Made by a program: the position numbers and the translations under genes
Notes under the pieces: generated by a model
The model's database searches: none
Seen by the model: only the letters and a program-made list of their open reading frames with translations
Told to the model about the DNA's origin: nothing
Part shown: piece by piece, positions 57,201 through 64,000 of the stretch
How the letters are laid out: every line of letters starts with the position of its first letter
How positions within the stretch are numbered: the first letter of the stretch is position 1
Assembly (NCBI GenBank): GCA_013239625.1
Contig: MU054338.1
Span: forward strand, 3,040,977-3,104,976
Length of the DNA: 64,000 nucleotides
Origin: Lama guanicoe
Lineage: Eukaryota
Reading direction: 5' to 3'

Positions 57201-58483
57201 ATGGGTGGGGGCTGCTATTAGGGACCATGCGTGGCCATCAGCCTCCTGGGATTCAGTGTGGCGGGGGCTTCAGCCTCTGCCATGGGGAACCCCACCCCCA
57301 GGAGCTGCCTCTGTTACTCACACACACCCTGTCACCCACAGCACTGGCTGCTGGAGAGACCCAGAGACAGAGACTCAAACACAAGAGACAGACAGACATG
57401 CCGAAAAGCTGGGAGGCCCAGGGTGGGGAGAGAGGAGAGAGGATGCCAGCTAGGCCACGAGGCCAAGGAGCTGCACACAGGCAGGGCTCTCGCGCTCTCT
57501 CAAGTGCATGTGCACACACGCTGGTGCACCACAGCCCCCTCCGGGCCACACTCCGTGCACAGGTGCCTGCATTTGGTGTCTTGCTTTCTTCCCTGCCCCC
57601 AACGGCATCCGTGTTGGTGGCTTTCATCTGTGGTTCCAGGCCACACACATATATGAAGCACCTGCTAGGGACCTGTGACAAGCTTCTGTTTGTCTCCATC
57701 TGTCCCTAATGATTGCTTTCTCTTTATCCCTCTCTGATTCTCTCTGACTTTCACTGCACTCTGTCTGTCTCTGTTTCTTTCTGTCTTTTAATTCCCACCC
57801 TGTCTCTGTCTCTCCCCATCTTTCCCCCCTGACCTGAGCCCCTGACCCTGGACTGCTAGGTTCTGGGACTGCAGAAGGTGACATTCAAGTACCTGCCTGT
57901 GAAACAAGAAGTGGCCACATGACCGTCTAGAGGTGGCGCATTCCTGGAGGAGGGATCAGCTGGCGATGGGAATGGAGAGAGGGGAGGCCAGAGAGATGGG
58001 TCAGGACTGAGCTGAGGGAGCCCCCAGGGCTTACGAATGTGCGCTCTGGAGCCAGACAACCTGGCCTCAAATGCCTTCAATCCTCCATGCTTTATCTTCC
58101 CCATCTATGAAATGGGTGTAAGAAGAGAGCCTGTGTCTGAAGGAGGTCAGGAGAGAAAGGCAGCCGGTGCAGACAAGCTCTTCGGACTAGATGGCGTGCC
58201 TGGTGTGCAGCCACCGCCCACCATGCCGTTGCCGTCGCTATGATTTGCGTGAGTTGCATCCTCACGCTGATGGGACTCATGGGAGGATTTTAGGTGGCAG
58301 AAACAGGACCAGATTGACCATTTGAAAGACTTCATTGGAGACCCCGGGGGGCCTAGGATGTTCCACACAAGCAGCTGGATGGTGGTTCCACTGTCTGCAC
58401 ACATGTATGATCTCGGTGCTCCAAACACACAAGATCTGTCTGCTTCACGTGTGCACATGACATCTCAATCAAAAGCAGAAGAT

Positions 58484-58612
58484 GGGGGAGAGTATAGCTC
58501 AATGGTAGAGTGCGTGCTTAGCATGCACGAGGTCCTCGGTTCAATCCCCAGTGCCTCTATTAAAAATAAATAAATAAACAGACCTAATTACCTCTCCACC
58601 CCCCAAAAAGAA
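58484..58612 (+). mobile_element. tRNA-Ala-derived SINE (Vic-1-like, camelid)
   Basis: GGGGGAGAGTATAGCTCAATGGTAGAGTGCGTGCTTAGCATGCACGAGGTCCTCGGTTCAATCCCCAG head, then AAATAAATAAA...CCTAATTACCTC and an A-rich tail. Confidence 0.85.
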
Positions 58613-59009
58613 GAAATTCCATAAAGGGTCCCACTGGTGATTTCATCCAAAGTGGGCTGGGAGGGCAGCAGGGAGGAGGTGGGACAAGCATTTCTAGAAC
58701 CCCAATGTCCCTGCCCTGCTTGGCCACTTTTGTGTCCGCATCCTGAGCTTGGCTGGGGGTTGGAAGTGTCAGAAACCCACAGTGCAGGGGCCTGGAAGGT
58801 GGAGCCTGGAAGACTGGCTCCTTCCCTGGCTGTGTCACCAATAATCTGGGGCCAGCTGTCCACAAGCCCCATCTCCCCACTGGCTCAGCCCAGACCCTCA
58901 GTCCCGTCCTGGCCAGAGGAGCCAGGCACCGAGCCCTTGGGGCACTGGGCTGCAGAGAGTGGGTGAAGGGTCCTCCTCCCTGCCTTTTTGAATCTAAAAA
59001 GCTAACCTT

Positions 59010-59460
59010 ATGTAGTGAATTCAATGTGTCCCCCCCCCCCGAATTCACAGCTGCCCAGAACCTCCAATTGTGACCTTATTTGGAAATAGGGTCTTTGCGG
59101 ATGTAATTAGTTCAGATGAGGTCATACTGAATTTGGGGGTGGGTCCTAGATCTAATGACTGGTGTTCTTATAAGAGGAGATGTCACACAGGGAGACAAAA
59201 AGGAGAAAATGATGGTAAGATGGAGGCAGAGATTAGAGACATGTATCTACACACCGAGGAACACCAATGATTTGGGGCAACCCCCAGAAGCTAGGAGAGG
59301 AAGGCAGTCCCCCCCCCCTCCACAGCCTCCAGAAGCAAACAGCCCTGCTGACACCTTGCATTAGGACTTCTGGTCTTCAGCACTGTGAGAGAAGAAGTTA
59401 CTATTGTTTTAAGCCACCAAGTTTGGGGTAATTCTTACAGAAGCCACAGGTGATGAGTAC
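59010..59460 (+). mobile_element. MaLR (MLT1-type) solo LTR
   Basis: gtgaccttatttggaaatagggtctttgcggatgtaattagtt...gttttaagccaccaagttt. Confidence 0.7.
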
Positions 59461-60339
59461 ACCCTCCATTATCTTAGCTCCGAAGTCATAGAAACTTGTA
59501 GAATCTTTAGAAAATATAGATTTGACTTAGAAACCAGAGTTGGGCACCCCTGGGCTCCCAGCCTGACCCGTCTCTAACTAGCTGGATGCGCCTGGGGGCA
59601 AGACATTTCACCTCTCAGAGCCTCAGTTTCCTCATCTGCAAAGTGGGATAACCATGCCTGGTGCAGAGGGCAGTTGTCCAGATTAAATAAGAGAAATTGT
59701 GTCCTAGAGGGTTTGGTGCCAAGGACACAGCAAACGCTCAGCTAGCAGTGAAAGTTAAAGTCCGCAGGTGATGGACAAGGTAAGCACATTCTGAAACTAA
59801 ATTTTAACTGCCACTATTACCATTGATAACCAGAAGAAACAGCAGCCACTCCTAATTCCACTCCCCACTGATTACCTTTTGGTGAATATTCTTTTCGATG
59901 AAAATGGAAAAAAAAAAAAGTATTCCAGCGCCCTCTTGGATCTTTGAATAAACCAACTGTGCAAAAACGTTATGTGCCCTGACAAGCTAGTCCAGGCTAT
60001 TAAGTTTATTAAAGATTATTGCTAGTTTTTTAAAGAGTGGTGGTGATATTGGGATTATACTTTTAAAAAGAGTCCTTATGTTTTAGAGACCACGAAAATA
60101 TTTGTGAATGAGATGTGATGTCTGGGAATGCCTACAACATTGAGGTGGGGGGACAGGGGAGTCGCTATTCTGTTTTTTCCCCTTGTGTGTGTTTGAAAGG
60201 TCCCAGAATCACATGCTTTTAAAATGCTATGATCCAGTCTTTCCACTCCTAGGAATTTATCAAAGAGAAAAGGGAATTTACATTCATATAAAGACGTGTT
60301 TCACATGCATGTTCATAGCGGCTTTATTTGTAATCAGCT

Positions 60340-60935
60340 GTTGTATTGTAAAGGATGTATCGGGGGGAGGGTGTAGCTCAGTGGTAGAGTACATGCTTAG
60401 CATGCACGAGGTTCTGGATTCAATCCAGTACCTCTGTTGAAAAAATTACATTAAAATAAATAAATACATAAATAAACCTGATTACTTCCCCTCTCAAAAT
60501 AAATAAATAAAAGAATATATCTGTTTTTTGTCCCAAGTTCCTGGAAGATAACCTCTAAATTCTTGGATTTTTCCCCAAGCGATAGGAGTGTCAGTCGTTC
60601 ATGGGGGGCTCAATCCCATCTCAGTTTATGCAAACGAGATGAATCAGGATGGGGACTGGTCATGCAGGAAACACTGATGAGGTGATTAGATGTCAACCTG
60701 ATCTTAAGAGATTGGGGGGCAGACTGGAGACTGAGTTCAATCTCATAGCCAATGATTTGATCAGTCATACTTATGTCATGAAATGCCAGGAAAAACTGTG
60801 GGCAACAAAGCTCAGTAGATTGGTTGGTGAATTCCTCTGAAGTGAAGAGCATTTTGTTGGAAACTGTGTGCTTAACTTATGGGGTCTGCCTTAACTCCAG
60901 GTGATAAGTGTCAGAATTACATTATGTTATATTAC
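60340..60935 (+). mobile_element. MER21-like LTR fragment interrupted by a SINE
   Basis: gtcccaagttcctgg...gataggagtgtc...agtttatgcaaacgagatga...ctggagactgagttcaatc...gccaatgatttgatcagtcat resemble the MER21 LTR consensus as I recall it. Confidence 0.6.
60362..60510 (+). mobile_element. tRNA-Ala-derived SINE (Vic-1-like) with target-site duplication
   Basis: Same head and tail structure. Flanked by aaaggatgtatc (60350-60361) and aaagaatatatc (60510-60521). Confidence 0.85.
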
Positions 60936-61547
60936 AAAAAACCTAGAAATGACCCAGATGCAATTTCAGGTGAATGGATAGACTGTGGTACATCCACACA
61001 ATGGAATACTACTCACCAAGAAAAAGGAAGGAACTATATACTCACACAACAGCATGGCTGAATCTCACACAGTTATGCTCAGGGAAATAAGCCAGACAAA
61101 ATGAGTACATATGGTTGGGTTCCATTTCTAGAAAACTCCAGAAAATTCTAACTCATCTATAGTGACAGACAACAGGTCAGTGGTTGCCTGGGGACAGGGA
61201 TGGGTAGGTGAGAGGGATGACAAACAGACAGGAGGAAACTTTCGGGGGTGACAGATGTGTTCATGATCTTGGTGGCAGTGATGGCTTTGTGGATGTCAGT
61301 AAGTTGTACGCTATGCATATCTGCACCTCATTATATGTCAATTACACAATAGGGCTGCTTTAAAATGTATTCATCTCTTCTTTCTTTGTCCATCAGTAAA
61401 TATTTATTGAGCACCTACTGTGTGCCAGTCTCTCTTTAGAGCTAGGGGACATGGCTGTGAACAAGACAGACCAAGACCCCTGCCCATGTGATATTTTAGC
61501 TAGGGAACACAGACAACTGTAATGAAATTCAAATATATATTCTCTAC

Positions 61548-62172
61548 ATATTCAATTCTCCTTATTTGCAGATCTGGCGTTTGCAAAATCACCTCATTTC
61601 TAACATTTATTTGCAATTCCAAAATGAATACATCCAGCTTTCACAGTCATTTTCGAACATGCACAGAGTGGTGAAAAGTGTCACCCACCATGTGTGTTCC
61701 CCACAAGGCTGAATCAGGCAATGCTCTGTCTTCTTTCAGCTCAGACTGTGAGCAAGTGTCCATTTCAGGGTTTTTTTTGTATTGTTGTTGCTGCTGGTGG
61801 TGGTGCTTTGGCTTTCTAAAATGGTCCCCAATTGTGGTGCTAAGTGCCGTTCAGTGTCCTAAGCTCAGGAAGGCTGAGATGCTTATGGAGGAAATACGTG
61901 TGTTAGGTGAGCCGCATTCAGGCATGAGCTATAGCCCTGTTGTTTGGGATCAATGCTAATGAATCAACAATATATATTAAATGAGGTGGCCTTAAACAGA
62001 AATACACATAAAACAAGGCTGTATATTGCTTGGTTGATGGAAATCTTGCGATCAGAGGCTTGCAGAGACCTAACCTCAGATGTCCTCCAGGAGGCAATGT
62101 CCAGCACTGGCTAGGTCACTGTGTATGGCGACTTTATAGAACAGAACTCCTATGGATAGAGAGAATCAACTG
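61548..62172 (+). mobile_element. MER82-like TcMar-Tigger element
   Basis: attcaattctccttatttgcagat... through ...gagaatcaactg; internal segments resemble MER82. Confidence 0.6.
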
Positions 62173-62479
62173 TGATATAACAGATGGGAGTAAGTGAAGG
62201 AAGGGAAATTAATTGGGGTGAGAAGGAGGTGCTTTTTAGAGGGTTTCAGGGATGATACATTTGTGCAGAGACCTGAGTGGATGGGTCAGTGTGTCTCTGG
62301 GGAAAGGCAAAGGCCCTGAGGGATGTATGTTGATTCAAACACGTGCCCTGTATCTGCTCTATTGTCATCTGCTTCTTCCCTTGACATGGGAGAAACATAT
62401 TCTCACATCAATACGGAGCCATCAAGATTTGTTTTCCAATTTAGTTATTTGTCAGAGGAAGATTTATCACACCAAACGC

Positions 62480-62990
62480 CTTGTGTGCCAAGCCACTGTA
62501 GAAGATAGCGTGGCAGTTCCTCAAAAGATGAAACACGGAATGACTGTATGATGTGGTAATCCCACTCCTGAGTATGTACCCAAAGGAAGTGGAAGCAAGG
62601 GCTCAAACAGATATTTGCACACCTGTGTTCACAGCTGCATGATTCACAACAGCCAAGAGGTGGAGTCAACCCAAGTGTCCATCAACAGATGACTGGGTGA
62701 ACAAAACATGGTCCAGACACACACTGGAGTACTATTCAGCCTTAAAAAGGAAGCAAACTCTGACACACACGACAACATGGGTAACCTGGAGGACATGATG
62801 CTCCATGAAATAACCCAGGCACAGGAAGACAAACACTGTCTGATTCCACTCACAGGAGGTCCCTAGAGGAGTCACATCTATAGAGACAGGAAGTAGATGG
62901 TGGGTGCTCCTGCCTTGGGGAGGAGATGTGGAGTTCCTGTTTAATGGTGATTGGCATGGCTGCAAGGTGGTGACTGCTGAAATTTTGCAA
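62480..62990 (+). mobile_element. Old L1 3'-end fragment (others near 4040-4325, 8830-9210, 15460-15720, 37690-37985, 60225-60335, 60935-61360)
   Basis: atcccactcctgagtatgtacccaaagg...caacccaagtgtccatcaacagatgactgg...tactattcagccttaaaaagg are typical of L1 ORF2 end and 3' UTR. Confidence 0.75.
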
Positions 62991-63785
62991 CCAAAACAAT
63001 TGGCCTTTTTTTTTCATGGCTGTTTCAGATTCTGGATGATAAAACGGTGGCCACTGGTCTCGTCTCAGCAGACCTCCTGGTTCCACTAATGGCCCTGAAC
63101 TTGGGCAGTCACATCAATGGCTGGTTTTAAATTCAGAAAGTGTTGAGTTCTTAAAAAGAGCTGTGTCCCCCAGCCTTACAGGCACCCTCCAGGGACGTAA
63201 CTGGCACACAGGGAGACCTCAGAGTGGCCTAAAAGAACAGTGGCTATTCTCTCCAGGACCCAGATGTCCCCTTCTAGGGACATTGTATTAACCATGCCTT
63301 TCAATTTCTGATGCTTTGACATCTGGGGCCACACGGGCCCTGGAGAACGGCCCCTCCCAGAGCTAAGTAGTTCTGAGAGAGAGTGAACAACTCCTGCGAG
63401 CGCACTTTTCAAAAACAAGCCAGCCAATCCAGAGCCCACACCATCAGCCCCTCCTCCGTGGGGCTCTCACAAGCTGGGTTGCTATCCCCCTGCCCTAGTG
63501 CCCCAAGGACCAGATACTGGCCAACTGGGCATCCCCTCCACCCAGACCCTGCTGACATCCTCCAGACAAGCCCATCCTAAGCCTGCTTACCCTGCCCTGC
63601 TTGTTCCTTCTCTCGGAAAGCACAGGAAGGGCTCCAGCCCACGTCCCCCTTTCCCTCGCCTCCTGGCCGACCCTGGCGCCTCCCCGTGAGGCTCTGCTTG
63701 ACATGGAGAGCCCTCTCCTCTCGTTTTCTGTTTTTAAGTTGAAGTATAGTCAGCTTACAACGTTGTGTCAGTTTTTACCCTCCTC

Positions 63786-63903
63786 TTTTTTTTTTCAATC
63801 AGGTAATTAGTTTTATTATTTATTTTTAGAGGCGGTACTGGAGACTGAGCCCAGGACCACGCGCACACTAGGCACGTGCCCCGCCACTTGAGCTGTACCC
63901 TCC
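63786..63903 (-). mobile_element. tRNA-Ala-derived SINE (Vic-1-like), diverged
   Basis: ggtaattag...ttttagaggcggtactggagactgagcccaggacc...gagctgtaccctcc. Confidence 0.75.
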
Positions 63904-64000
63904 AGTTTCTCCCCTCCTCTGAAGAACTGTAACAAACTCTTTTTCAATGGCAGTTGTCTCCTGATCTGTTGGCCTTAACGAACCTCAAATTTTCTATTAA

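Noticed and set aside
58484..58560. Apparent tRNA-Ala(AGC) genes here and at 60362
   Set aside because: Acceptor stems are imperfect, and there is a shared SINE tail, a target-site duplication and multiple dispersed copies. These are SINEs, not tRNA genes.
57920..59945. CTCF-like motifs (TCTAGAGGTGGCGC near 57926; CCAAGAGGGCGC on the minus strand near 59930)
   Set aside because: The 5' halves match the consensus poorly, and they cannot be supported without matrix scores or ChIP data.
49400..64000. miR-7-3 / MIR7-3HG, expected beyond DPP9 by human synteny
   Set aside because: I did not find the mature sequence TGGAAGACTAGTGATTTTGTTG; only a short partial match near 58807. It probably lies outside the window.

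Overview
Mammalian genomic DNA, most likely a camelid judging by four tRNA-Ala-derived Vic-1-like SINEs. The gene order matches the human 19p13.3 block MYDGF - DPP9 - tRNA-Gly/tRNA-Val. The minus strand carries the 5' part of MYDGF (exons 1-4 and the start of exon 5, cut by the window edge) and the complete DPP9 gene (2 non-coding and 20 coding exons). I spliced DPP9 by hand at GT-AG junctions into an uninterrupted 2676-nt frame: 891 aa long isoform, 862 aa short isoform, with intact catalytic Ser/Asp/His motifs. Just upstream of the DPP9 CpG-island promoter lie an intact tRNA-Gly(TCC) and a decayed tRNA-Val-derived copy whose anticodon now reads CGC. The rest is introns and intergenic DNA rich in old repeats (MaLR LTRs, MER20/MER58/MER2/MER82, L1, L2, MIR) and microsatellites; repeat families and boundaries are assigned by eye and approximate. 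I found no evidence of a wholly new biological system. The most interesting points are the DPP9 5' leader (two uORFs, one in frame with DPP9 behind a single TGA), the decayed tRNA, a duplicated splice donor and a triple-nested insertion. Most long entries in the ORF track are chance ORFs in GC-rich DNA.
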